Assembly (NCBI GenBank): GCA_049517415.1 | Contig: JBEKSC010000010.1 | Location: forward strand, 1 to 64,000 | Direction of reading: 5' to 3' | From: Candidatus Bathyarchaeia archaeon | GTDB taxonomy: Archaea; Thermoproteota; Bathyarchaeia; 40CM-2-53-6 | Length of the DNA stretch: 64,000 bases | Shown here: positions 42,893-52,575 of the stretch, in pieces | Layout: every line of letters starts with the position of its first letter | Numbering within the stretch: the first letter of the stretch is position 1 | The notes under the pieces: model-generated | What the model was told of the DNA's origin: nothing | The model's database searches: none | What the model saw: the letters and a program-made list of their open reading frames with translations, nothing else | Made by a program: the position numbers and the translations under genes

Positions 42893-43903
42893 TTATGATT
42901 GGGAGGTGGGCGGCGCATGTCTGGTCGTGGCGAACAGTCCCAACTGTGCGGTTTTCGCGATCTGGGGTACTCCAATTAAGTCTTCTACTATTAGCAGGCC
43001 TCGTGTAAGGATTGCGAATACTGCGGCGTGAGGGAGGTCTACTCCGAGAAGGAGAAAGATTCCAACTATTGCTCCTTCCTGGAATCCTATACCTGAGGGG
43101 GTCAGGGGAACAAAGCCGAATGCCGTTAGGAGTGGATGTAACAGGAAGAAACCTAACCATCCAACATTCGTGATCCCAACAGCCAACCCCAAGAAATACC
43201 ATTCGAACCCCTTGAGAACCCAGGACAGCACCGTGATGGCGAGGATTTCAGGTATCGCGCCACGAGTCTTCGCGGCGTTTTCACCAAACTGGTCCAACTT
43301 CGCCATCATGCCACGCGTGAATTGTGCGAGCAACTTCCATTTTGCAATTCTTCGAATTAGTGCGGCCGTTCTAGGAGACCAGATAATTGCGGCCAACGCG
43401 AAACTGCCAAGCAACATGAGCCCAATGCCGACGGAACCGATCCAGACAAGCTGAGGCGGGAAACTCGTACGGTTGAAAAGAAAGATCAATGCTAGAGCTC
43501 CGCCAATGACTTTGACGAGAAACTCAATTGACTGGATGCCCATGATGCAGGAAAGACTTGCTGAGGTATCGATCTTCTGATTCTTCAGATACAGGGGGGT
43601 CAGCAGATACCCAGATCTTCCGGGGGTAACATCGCTCGTTAGCATTCCACTGTACTGCGCGAGGAGTGTCTTACCGAAAGTAGCCCTGATCCCTTGCCTC
43701 TGAAGCACCCTCATGATTCGTATTGTGAAGAGAACGTTGATCAGGAAGTATGGAAGGAACGCAAGGAGGACGTATTTTGGTTGCGTCTCAGACAGCGTCG
43801 AAATGAGAGTGTTAGCTCCGATGTACCACAGCAACCCTCCAACTATAGCTACCATTAGTAGAAGCTGCAGCATCAGCCGCAACCTGCTATTACCGTATTT
43901 CAT
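42893..43903 (-). CDS. Lysylphosphatidylglycerol synthase TM domain / UPF0104 flippase-like protein
   Basis: TPGRSG, P.TPSGIG..E, R in last TM. Confidence 0.85.
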   Translation of the reverse strand: MKYGNSRLRLMLQLLLMVAIVGGLLWYIGANTLISTLSETQPKYVLLAFLPYFLINVLFTIRIMRVLQRQGIRATFGKTLLAQYSGMLTSDVTPGRSGYLLTPLYLKNQKIDTSASLSCIMGIQSIEFLVKVIGGALALIFLFNRTSFPPQLVWIGSVGIGLMLLGSFALAAIIWSPRTAALIRRIAKWKLLAQFTRGMMAKLDQFGENAAKTRGAIPEILAITVLSWVLKGFEWYFLGLAVGITNVGWLGFFLLHPLLTAFGFVPLTPSGIGFQEGAIVGIFLLLGVDLPHAAVFAILTRGLLIVEDLIGVPQIAKTAQLGLFATTRHAPPTSQS

Positions 43904-44251
43904 ATAATATCACGGGTCCAACTGAGATCTGCGAATCCCCTCTCTCCTTATTCTACACATTCATCAAGAACTCCGAGCAGAAACGACTAATCACGAACAC
44001 AGCAAAGTAGCATGTTCTCCCCACAAAACTACACCACCCACCTCCCCTCGCCAAAAACGTGCACACGCAGCCTAGCGTGCGACAGGAAAGGTTGCAAAAT
44101 CAGCCCCGACGAACCCCAAAAAGTGCACCACCCCCCTAGAGGGTCTTCCAAGCGTGCGCACGAAGGCTACGAGGAATACCTAACATAGGCTAGACGTCCG
44201 CTCTCTAGCCTGTAAAATTGGTGCCTCCAGGCGCGGCCGAAATCCCTCTAT

Positions 44252-44554
44252 TCAGCCGCTGCTTGCTGGGAGGGGCAGGCCCCTGCAGCCCACCTTTCCG
44301 CGCACGCGGCGGTTGAAGTTCGGGCAGGTGAAACATTCAACGAAGGATACAACCTTTAACTTTACGGGGCAGTCAACGGCCTCCTTCTTCATCTTCGCCA
44401 GCATCTTGCCCTTAACCGCCCCTTTGATGGCTTCCAAGGATTCCTTCGGGGTCGGAACCGCCTTGGGTGGAGAGAAGATTTCCACTAGGTACTTGTCATC
44501 CGCACCCAACTGAACCGGCGTCTTATCATCCGCAGGCGGAGTAGGTTCGCTCAT
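44252..44554 (-). CDS. Small Cys-rich hypothetical protein
   Basis: 100 aa; C-x11-CxxC-x12-C near the C-terminus. Confidence 0.65.
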   Translation of the reverse strand: MSEPTPPADDKTPVQLGADDKYLVEIFSPPKAVPTPKESLEAIKGAVKGKMLAKMKKEAVDCPVKLKVVSFVECFTCPNFNRRVRGKVGCRGLPLPASSG

Positions 44555-44668
44555 AAGGCACTCAGGCTTTGGAATTGGCTTCATGTAATTCAATAAAACA
44601 CTTTCGAACAAGTATCAGCTGAATATCCAGGCCGTCAATGGTATCGCTAATGCAACGCCCTACCAAAC

Positions 44669-45445
44669 TCAAACAATCTTATGGAAAAGATCCATTCTCT
44701 TTCCTAGAGTTAGCTTTCTCGACAAACCAGGCTGCTCGGCCCTGTGAAGGCGGGGTAACGCCCTAACAATCGCGACTGGTGTCCGCTCAGTTCCCTGGCC
44801 CATAACGAGCTCAGCTGCAGCCGCAACCTCATCCGCCAAACCAACAAACTTGTACCTTAACTGGTAACCAAACAGGTCCTCTAGACCCCGGTAATCGACG
44901 ATAGGTTCCAAACCTGAAACTCCGATGGCGAACTCCACCTGGCCAATCCGAAATGGGCGGCTGTACGTGTCGGCGACAATTACGGCCAGTTTCCTTCCAG
45001 ACAAAGCCTCGAGCTTAGCTCTAATTCTTTTAGCTGATGAGTCCGAGTTCTTCGGGAGCCTAGCGTAACCGAGGCGCCCCTTCACATTCGACTTGTCAAC
45101 ACCCGCATTCACACACACCATCCCGTCCTTCCTCTGAACGATGAGTGCTTGCCCGTCGGCACGCAAGATCCGTCGCGTATCCATCAGGATTAATTCAACG
45201 AGCCTTGGATCCTTACCAGTCTTCCGTGACAGTGCCCGAGCTCTGTGACTTGGCTTAATCGTTGAAATGTCAACTTCAAGCCCCTCTGCCTTAGAGACTA
45301 TCTTCTGGGAAACAACTATAACGTCCCCATCAACAAGTAGCAAGTTCGCGTTTTTCAATGCGTCGAATATGGTTTGGCCAACATCGTCGCCTGGTTTCAC
45401 TAAACCGATTCTTTCTAAGCCGACGATTGAAAGCGCCTTGGTCAT
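44669..45445 (-). CDS. cofE: Coenzyme F420-0:gamma-glutamyl ligase
   Basis: GDD, QKIVSKAEG, KDPR.VE, NAGVD.SN, DTYSRPFR.G, DEVAAAA.L.MG; start trimmed from 45757. Confidence 0.9.
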   Translation of the reverse strand: MTKALSIVGLERIGLVKPGDDVGQTIFDALKNANLLLVDGDVIVVSQKIVSKAEGLEVDISTIKPSHRARALSRKTGKDPRLVELILMDTRRILRADGQALIVQRKDGMVCVNAGVDKSNVKGRLGYARLPKNSDSSAKRIRAKLEALSGRKLAVIVADTYSRPFRIGQVEFAIGVSGLEPIVDYRGLEDLFGYQLRYKFVGLADEVAAAAELVMGQGTERTPVAIVRALPRLHRAEQPGLSRKLTLGKRMDLFHKIV

Positions 45446-45602
45446 TTCACGCACCTTATCATTTCCGGGAACTGTGAGTTCCAACTGCGACAGCTGTACT
45501 TGTTGCTTAAATAACGTATGACCACTCCGCCCAAAACGCGCCCACAAAAAAAGCTGCAAGGGTTGATGCAACTGACCAAAATCGCTACAGGAGTTAGGTA
45601 GT

Positions 45603-47897
45603 TTGTTTGAAGTGGGCGTATTCACCTTCGAGGGTCTAGTCCCGTGGGCAATTATCGGAATTGCCATCATCAGTTTGCTGTATGCTTGGTGGCTCCGTGG
45701 AGGAGTTTTGAAGAAAGACAAAGGAACCCCCAAGATGCAAGAAGTCTGGAACTCCATTCGAGTTGGCGCTGACGCCTACCTGAATCGGCAGCTTCGCACC
45801 ATTCTCCCACTCATAGGCCTGTTGGCAGTGGCATTATTCTTCAGCGTGTATGTAGTGCAACCCACCTCAGAAGCAACGGAGGTTTTCGGGAAGAACGCAC
45901 AACTCATCGTGGCGGTCGGGCGAATGCTGGCTTTCGTCCTTGGCGCATCATTCAGCCTTATCGTAGGCCAGTATGGAATGCGCATGGCGGTTCAAGCAAA
46001 TGTTCGTGTCGCCTCCGCATCCCGACGAAGCTTCAACGAAGCCTTATCCATCGCCTATTACGCAGGAACAATCACTGGAATGCTAACCGACGGCTTAGGC
46101 CTTCTTGGTGGGACTTCAATCTTCATTATATTTGGAAAGGCAGCCCCAGATGCACTGCTCGGGTTCGGTTTCGGCGGCACACTTCTTGCACTTTTCATGC
46201 GGGTTGGGGGCGGAATATACACAAAGGCAGCGGACGTAGGCGCCGACCTTGTTGGAAAAGTGGAGAAGGACATACCCGAAGACGACCCACGTAACGCTGC
46301 CGTTGTTGCTGATTTAGTGGGCGACAACGTGGGCGACTGTGCTGGGATGGCGGCGGACATCTTCGAATCATATGAAGTAACCATTGTTTCAGCTTTGATC
46401 CTGGGCTTGGCAGTGATGGCTTTTGACCCACAGCACAGGCTCATGTGGATACTCATCCCACTAATCGTCCGCGGCATCGGCGTCATCTCATCCATTCTGG
46501 GCACATTTACAGTTCCGTTTTGGACCAAGTTTCCAATCAAGTTCCTGAGGGCTGACAATGCAGAAGACGCGATGTTCCGCTCCTACGAGGTTTCCAGCAT
46601 TAACACCGTTTTTTGGGCGTTTATTGTAGCGTGGTTCTACGGGAATGATTGGCGTCTCGGAGCACTCGTGGCCATCGGCGTTGGACTCGCGGTAAGCTTC
46701 AACCCACTAACCTCCTACTTCACTGCCACGGACAAGAATCCAGTCAAGGATATCGTCAAAGCCACCGAGGCCGGGCCGGCAACAACAATTCTTTCTGGCT
46801 TAGCGAACGGGTTCGAATCATCCGTCTGGGCACTCTTGTATATAGTCATTAGCTTCGTGCTAGCTGTCCTGCTCTTTCCACCCGAAAACGGTAGTGTCTA
46901 CACATTGTACGCTATTGCGATGATCGGGATTGGGATGCTAAGCCATACGGGTAACAATGTGGCTATGGACTCCTACGGACCGATCAGTGATAATGCTAAT
47001 GGCATTGGGCAGATGGCTTGGGAACAATTGGATGATGAGGAGACGAGGCAGGGCCGGCAGATCATGGCGGACCTCGATGCAGTGGGAAACACCACGAAAG
47101 CTATCACAAAGGGAATAGCTATTGCCTCAGCCGTAATTGCTGCCGTGTCACTTTTCGCATCATACATCACGACCACTGGCCTGCAGGCGATTAGCGTCTC
47201 AGACATCAGGGTCTTCATAGGCCTTCTACTGGGAGGTGCGCTGCCGTGGCTGTTCAGTTCACTAAACATCCGAGCCGTTTCGAGGGCGGCCAAACTGATA
47301 GTTGAGGAGGTTCGGCGCCAGTTTCGAGTCCCGGGCGTTTGGGAGGGTAGAGTGCCTCCGGACTACCGTGAGGTTGTAGGTATTTCTACGGCTGCCGCGC
47401 AGAAAGAGCTGATACCCTTGGCAGTCATAGCGTTGAGCATCCCCCTCACTGTGGGTCTGCTGTTGGGCGTTGAAGCGTTGGGTGGTTTCTTGGCTGGTAT
47501 AATTGTGTCGGGTCAACTGCTAGCGGTTTTCATGGCCAATGCCGGCGCAGCTTGGGATAATGCGAAGAAGACGATCGAGGATGAGCCACGCGATTTGGCC
47601 GCGAATACAGGTAAGGGCAGTGAACGCCACAAAGCCAGTGTGGTTGGGGACACGGTTGGTGATCCATTGAAGGATACTGCTGGCCCAGCTTTGAATCCTA
47701 TGATCAAAGTCGTCAATCTAGTTTCCCTGATCATAGCACCAATCATCGTCGCCGCCAAAACAAGTTGGGCAACTTTTGTTGTCGCTTTGTTGCTAATCGC
47801 TGCTGCGTCGTGGGCCCTGTGGCGGAGCAAACGTGACGTCTCAGTGGAAGAGAAAGCTAGAACTGAAAGCTCAAACATGCCCGGCTCAACCAAATGA
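45603..47897 (+). CDS. hppA: Membrane-bound H+-translocating pyrophosphatase 1 (K+-independent signature)
   Basis: TKAADVGADLVGKVE, EDDPRN, DNVGD, GNTTK, GDPLKDTAGP. Confidence 0.95.
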   Translation: MFEVGVFTFEGLVPWAIIGIAIISLLYAWWLRGGVLKKDKGTPKMQEVWNSIRVGADAYLNRQLRTILPLIGLLAVALFFSVYVVQPTSEATEVFGKNAQLIVAVGRMLAFVLGASFSLIVGQYGMRMAVQANVRVASASRRSFNEALSIAYYAGTITGMLTDGLGLLGGTSIFIIFGKAAPDALLGFGFGGTLLALFMRVGGGIYTKAADVGADLVGKVEKDIPEDDPRNAAVVADLVGDNVGDCAGMAADIFESYEVTIVSALILGLAVMAFDPQHRLMWILIPLIVRGIGVISSILGTFTVPFWTKFPIKFLRADNAEDAMFRSYEVSSINTVFWAFIVAWFYGNDWRLGALVAIGVGLAVSFNPLTSYFTATDKNPVKDIVKATEAGPATTILSGLANGFESSVWALLYIVISFVLAVLLFPPENGSVYTLYAIAMIGIGMLSHTGNNVAMDSYGPISDNANGIGQMAWEQLDDEETRQGRQIMADLDAVGNTTKAITKGIAIASAVIAAVSLFASYITTTGLQAISVSDIRVFIGLLLGGALPWLFSSLNIRAVSRAAKLIVEEVRRQFRVPGVWEGRVPPDYREVVGISTAAAQKELIPLAVIALSIPLTVGLLLGVEALGGFLAGIIVSGQLLAVFMANAGAAWDNAKKTIEDEPRDLAANTGKGSERHKASVVGDTVGDPLKDTAGPALNPMIKVVNLVSLIIAPIIVAAKTSWATFVVALLLIAAASWALWRSKRDVSVEEKARTESSNMPGSTK

Positions 47898-47999
47898 AAA
47901 CGGAAGTATCTATTCGAACCTTTGCAGTTCGCCCGGTTCACTTAAATAACGAAACATCTTCCTAAGCGAGGTTTGCCTCCCGCGAAAGAGGAATAATGT

Positions 48000-50069
48000 T
48001 TGCTAATCGATTACGTCTTCGTAGTCAGCGCTCTTTCACTTGGCGTGGCTGGTTACGTCGTCACCTGGATAATGAAACAGGACACTGGAACCGAGCGAAT
48101 GAGGGAGATTTCTCTTGCCATCAAAGAGGGTGCCGAAACGTATCTCGCACGTCAGTACAAAACCATCAGCATAATCGCCATAATCGCCACTATCCTAATG
48201 GCGTTTGGCATAAGGGACGCCACTAACCCATGGCTCGGGGTTGACACCGCCGGAGGCTTCCTCCTCGGCGCTGTGTGCTCCAACCTGGCGGGTTATATCG
48301 CGATGTACGTCTCGGTCCGCTCGAACGTTCGCGCTGCGCGGGGTGCGATGACCAGCCTAGACCGCGCGCTGAAGATAGCGTTCCGGGGTGGAATTGTATT
48401 CGGGCTAGCGGTCGTTTCAATGAGCCTACTCGGGATCTCAACGCTATTCCTTGTCTTCAAAGGCGACCCTCGGCTCATTGTTGGCTTCGGGTTCGGGGCC
48501 AGCTTTGCAGCACTGTTCGCCCAATTGGGAGGGGGTATTTACACCAAGGCTGCCGATATGAGCGCCGACCTGGTCGGGAAAGTAGAAGCTGGAATCCCAG
48601 AAGATGACCCTCGCAACCCTGCCGTCATAGCTGACCTGGTCGGGGACAATGTTGGCGACATTGCAGGGCGTGGGGCAGACCTGTTCGAATCTATCACCGC
48701 CGAAAACATCGGTGCTATGATACTTGGCCTAGCACCCGCCGTTTACGCTTTATTTGGGATCAACGGGCTTATTTTTCCGCTCTTAGCTAGAACCTTTGGA
48801 CTGATCGGGACGATGGTCGGTTCGATTTTCGTGTATTCCCGAAAGAAGGAAGATCCTTTCACCTCGTTAACTCGAGGCCTAATCATTACTGGCATCATAT
48901 CTGCGGGGGGCTTCTACTTCCTGACAGTTGTGCTACTCAACGGTGAAATGAATTTCTTCTTCGCCGCACTTGTCGGAATCGTTGCGGCGGTACTTGTGGC
49001 GTGGCTAACTGACTACTACACCTCGTACCGAAGAAAACCCACACTTGAAATCGCCAGCGCCTCAGAAAGCGGCCCCGCACCCGGAATCGCGACGGGTTTC
49101 GCCGTCGGAATGGAATCATCTGCACTATTTATAATCGTAATTGGTGCAGCGATCCTGCTTGCTTTCGCTTTAGGGAACGGCTTCATTTCGGAAGGCGCGC
49201 GGTTAGACCTTACCGACCCTGCTTTCCAGAAGGGACTCTATGGGACAGCGATAGCAACTATGGGCATGCTTTCCGTTACTCCAATGGTCCTTGCAATGGA
49301 TGGCTTCGGTCCCATTACGGACAACGCTGGTGGCATACTCGAAATGTCCGGCGTTACGGCTAAAGCTAGGGCAATTTCAGACCGCCTTGATTCCGTGGGC
49401 AACACTACTAAGGCGTTGACGAAAGGTTACGGCGTCGCATCAGCCGCACTTTCAGCGTTTCTCCTGTTCAGTGCTTTCCTAGAAGTCGCTGGGTTGAAAG
49501 GCGTTGACCTGTCCAGGCCTGGGGTTTTCACAGGCGCCCTCATCGGAGCCATGTTAATCTTCTTCTTCAGCTCACTCGCGATCAAAGCAGTTGGAAGAAC
49601 CTCAGCAGTAATGATTCGCGAAATCCGCCGGCAGTTCAAGGAAATGCCCGGCATCATGAAAGGCACGGTAAAGCCTGACTATTCACGTTGCATTGACATT
49701 AGCACTAAAGCAGCGTTGAAGAGCATGGTTTACCCAAGCATGCTCATCGTCATAGCGCCAATAATTGTCGGCGTACTTCTCGGGGCAGAAGCAGCGGGCG
49801 GGCTTCTAATGGTGGGCACGGTGGTCGGCGTTCTGATGGCACTGTTCATGAATAATGTTGGCGCCGCTTTAGATAACGCCAAGAAGTACATAGAGGCTGG
49901 GCATTTGGGCGGGAAGGGTTCGCAAGTTCACGCCGCAACCGTGATCGGCGACACGCTAGGCGACCCATTGTAGGATACTGCAGGGCCCTCATTGCACGTC
50001 GTAGTGAAGCTCCTAAACACCCTAACCCTCGCGCTGGCACCCCTATTCATCTTAGCCCTTCTACACTAA
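48000..50069 (+). CDS. hppA: Membrane-bound pyrophosphatase 2 interrupted by in-frame TAG at 49971-49973 (readthrough, pseudogene or error)
   Basis: ADLVGKVE, EDDPRN, RGADLFES, GNTTK; GDPL*DTAGPSLHVVVKLL...LLH continues to TAA 50067-50069. Confidence 0.9.
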
Positions 50070-50345
50070 CGAGATTCTGGTTCGGGGCCATCGCGCCTGC
50101 AATTGAAGCGATGGTGGTAGTTCAAAAGCGCCCAGTCGATGCCGGCGAGTTAACCGATCGGCATCCGTTGGCAAGTTAACAGTGCCCACAAACGCTGGTG
50201 CTCATGGTATTGTTCGCCCATTGAACCATCGCTAGAGTGTGAAATTTCGGCCGATATCGGTCGACATAGTATTCCTTAGTTTCCACTTTTGTTGTCGAAG
50301 AAGGAACCCTATTAAACGGGTTTAGTCGTAGTCGTTTCGGCCTTA

Positions 50346-51554
50346 GTGTTGCAAGAGGTCATGCGGGCATCGAGACGAGGGCAGGCGGTCGAATATGCAA
50401 TTCGCGATATTATGGTTAAGGCAGAGGAAGTTAGGCGAACCGGAAAGAAGATTCTTTACTTAAACATAGGCGACCCCGTCAAATACGGTTTTGATACACC
50501 CACCCACATTAGAAATGCGTTGAAGAAAGCTGTTGATGCAGGCTCAAATTACTACGCCGCATCAGAGGGAGTGAAAGAGCTTCGTGAAGCGGTAGCCGAG
50601 AAAGAAAATTCAATAAACGGGGCTCATGTTGACCCGCGCAATGTTATGATCACTCAGGGAATTTCGGAAGCAATCTCTTTCCTCATGGGTGCGATCGTCA
50701 ACCCTGGCGATGAAGTACTCCTTCCGGGACCTTCTTACTCTCCTTACATGACCTACGTTAAGTTCTTCGAGGGAAAACCAGTCCCATACAGAACTATCGA
50801 AGATAGAGGGTGGGCACCTGACCTATCAGATCTAGAGAGTAAGTTAACGGCACGGACACGGCTTATCGTCATTATCAACCCGAACAATCCCACTGGCTCA
50901 GTTTACTCAAGGACTGAATTGTCACGAATCCTAGAAATCGCTGCTTCCCACCATATACCGGTGGCGGCCGACGAAATATACGACAGACTTGTTTACGACG
51001 GCGGGTTCACGAGCGTGGCCTCAATTGCCAAAGAGGTTCCACTTTTCGGATTGAATGGTTTTTCGAAAACGTATATGATGACGGGTTGGCGGCTAGGATA
51101 CTTGTACCTTCAAGACCCGGGAGATGAAATGAAGGATGTTTGGGATGCAGTGCAAAGAATATCACGTGTACGATTGTGCGCAAGCACGCCTATTCAATTC
51201 GCGGGAATAGAGGCACTCCGAGGGCCTCAAGGGCACATAAACGAAATGGTATCGAAACTAAAACGGCGCCGCGATTTATTCTGGAAACGCGCAAACGAAA
51301 TTCCCGGACTATTCGCAGCCAAACCGGCAGGCGCATTCTACCTTTTCCCTAGGATCAAGGCGATAGGTCAGAAATGGAAAAATGATTATGAATTCGTCAC
51401 TGAACTTCTAAAGGAAACAGGGGTCTTGGTAGTTCACGGGTCGGGATTCGACCCAATGTACGGCAAAGACCACTTCAGAGTGGTATTCCTCCCCGACGAG
51501 GCAATCCTAACCGAAGCCTTCGACGCAATTGAGGATTTCATGAACCGGCACTGA
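50346..51554 (+). CDS. Class I/II PLP aminotransferase, alanine aminotransferase-like
   Basis: VEYAIRD, LNIGDP, NPNNPTG, DEIYD, SK.Y..TGWR.G. Confidence 0.88.
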   Translation: MLQEVMRASRRGQAVEYAIRDIMVKAEEVRRTGKKILYLNIGDPVKYGFDTPTHIRNALKKAVDAGSNYYAASEGVKELREAVAEKENSINGAHVDPRNVMITQGISEAISFLMGAIVNPGDEVLLPGPSYSPYMTYVKFFEGKPVPYRTIEDRGWAPDLSDLESKLTARTRLIVIINPNNPTGSVYSRTELSRILEIAASHHIPVAADEIYDRLVYDGGFTSVASIAKEVPLFGLNGFSKTYMMTGWRLGYLYLQDPGDEMKDVWDAVQRISRVRLCASTPIQFAGIEALRGPQGHINEMVSKLKRRRDLFWKRANEIPGLFAAKPAGAFYLFPRIKAIGQKWKNDYEFVTELLKETGVLVVHGSGFDPMYGKDHFRVVFLPDEAILTEAFDAIEDFMNRH

Positions 51555-51565
51555 CTAAATCCTGT

Positions 51566-51578
51566 AAAGGTTTAATTT
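51566..51578 (+). promoter_or_regulatory. Putative BRE/TATA promoter of rpo12
   Basis: AAAGGTTTAATTT about 33-45 nt upstream of ATG. Confidence 0.6.
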
Positions 51579-51610
51579 GAGTCTAAAACAAGGAGCGTAG
51601 GTTTCAAACC

Positions 51611-51787
51611 ATGTCTGAGGGAAACGAACAACAGCCTGCGGGAATAATGTACGAATGTATAAGCTGCGGGCAGCACCTAACGGCGGATCAACTGGCTATG
51701 ACACCAGAAATCAAGTGCCCATTCTGCGGTTACCGTGTCCTCCGAAAAGCTCGGCCCCCGATAGTCAAGCGAGTAAAAGCACGCTAA
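51611..51787 (+). CDS. rpo12: DNA-directed RNA polymerase subunit P (Rpo12), not in ORF track
   Basis: MSEGNEQQPAGIMYECISCG...EIKCPFCGYRVLRKARPPIVKRVKAR. Confidence 0.92.
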   Translation: MSEGNEQQPAGIMYECISCGQHLTADQLAMTPEIKCPFCGYRVLRKARPPIVKRVKAR

Positions 51788-51799
51788 CTCTTCACCAGC

Positions 51800-52075
51800 T
51801 TAGTCGTTGAACGTAGAGCAACTAGGTTCCTCAGAGATCGGACTGGGTAAGGTCTGCGACCTGTCGCATGCTGGGTAGAATGCTAGCGGGGCGCTCATGA
51901 GGCCTCCACAAAAACTACATTTCGTGTGCGCAAGTTTTTCCCGTGACGGCTTGCATTCCACGGCTCCCTTTTTCTCGTATCGCTTGCCGATGAAGACCGC
52001 GGGTTCAAGTAGGATAACCACAGGAACGAATAATGCTATTTTTGGGAATGGCTGACGCTCAGGTTCCTGGCACAA
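51800..52075 (-). pseudogene. Possibly degenerate membrane/zinc-ribbon protein
   Basis: Hydrophobic stretch plus CSFCG...FYPAC.RSQ (third Cys replaced by Tyr). Confidence 0.35.
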
Positions 52076-52166
52076 GAAATGGTAAGATTGGTTGAGATTA
52101 GCTTTCTGGCAGCGACTATAGCACTGACTCTCGATGCCCTAGGGCAACCAAAGTTTTCTTCCAGAG

Positions 52167-52448
52167 TTACTTGGCGCTACGGTCGGCGATTTCTTTAGCT
52201 ATCTCTTCCTTAGTCTTTCCCTCAGTTACAATGCCTAAGCTCTTTCCCGCTACGATTAGGGGGTCTGCGCTTGCCTCAATTGTGGTCGTCGTGGCGGTAG
52301 GCGTATTCATTTCCTTGGCAGCCTTGTCAAACTCCTTCTTTGCAAGGCCTATGGATTTTGCCAGTTCAGGTAGCTTCTGCGGTCCCCATAGAAATACCAC
52401 TAGGAGAATACCTACGATTACGAGCCACTCGTAACCAATTAGAGCCAT
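52167..52448 (-). CDS. tatA: Twin-arginine translocase TatA/E
   Basis: G.E, TM, WGP.KLPELAKSIG.A.KEF. Confidence 0.92.
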   Translation of the reverse strand: MALIGYEWLVIVGILLVVFLWGPQKLPELAKSIGLAKKEFDKAAKEMNTPTATTTTIEASADPLIVAGKSLGIVTEGKTKEEIAKEIADRSAK

Positions 52449-52575
52449 CCATCTTCACACTCGGGATTGCCATGTCGCCCAATATAAGACTGACGCGTGA
52501 TTGATGCAGATTTCCGCCTTTTCTCGCGAAGAATGAAATATTCCAATTACAAGGCCATGGCAAAGACTATTGTGT

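Noticed and set aside
45446..45757. Long N-terminal extension of CofE in the ORF track
   Set aside because: Overlaps the divergent hppA start and promoter region; homology begins at ATG 45445.
47996..48226. ATG ORF suggesting a frameshift at the hppA2 start
   Set aside because: TTG 48000 is well spaced from GAGGA and gives the intact N-terminus.
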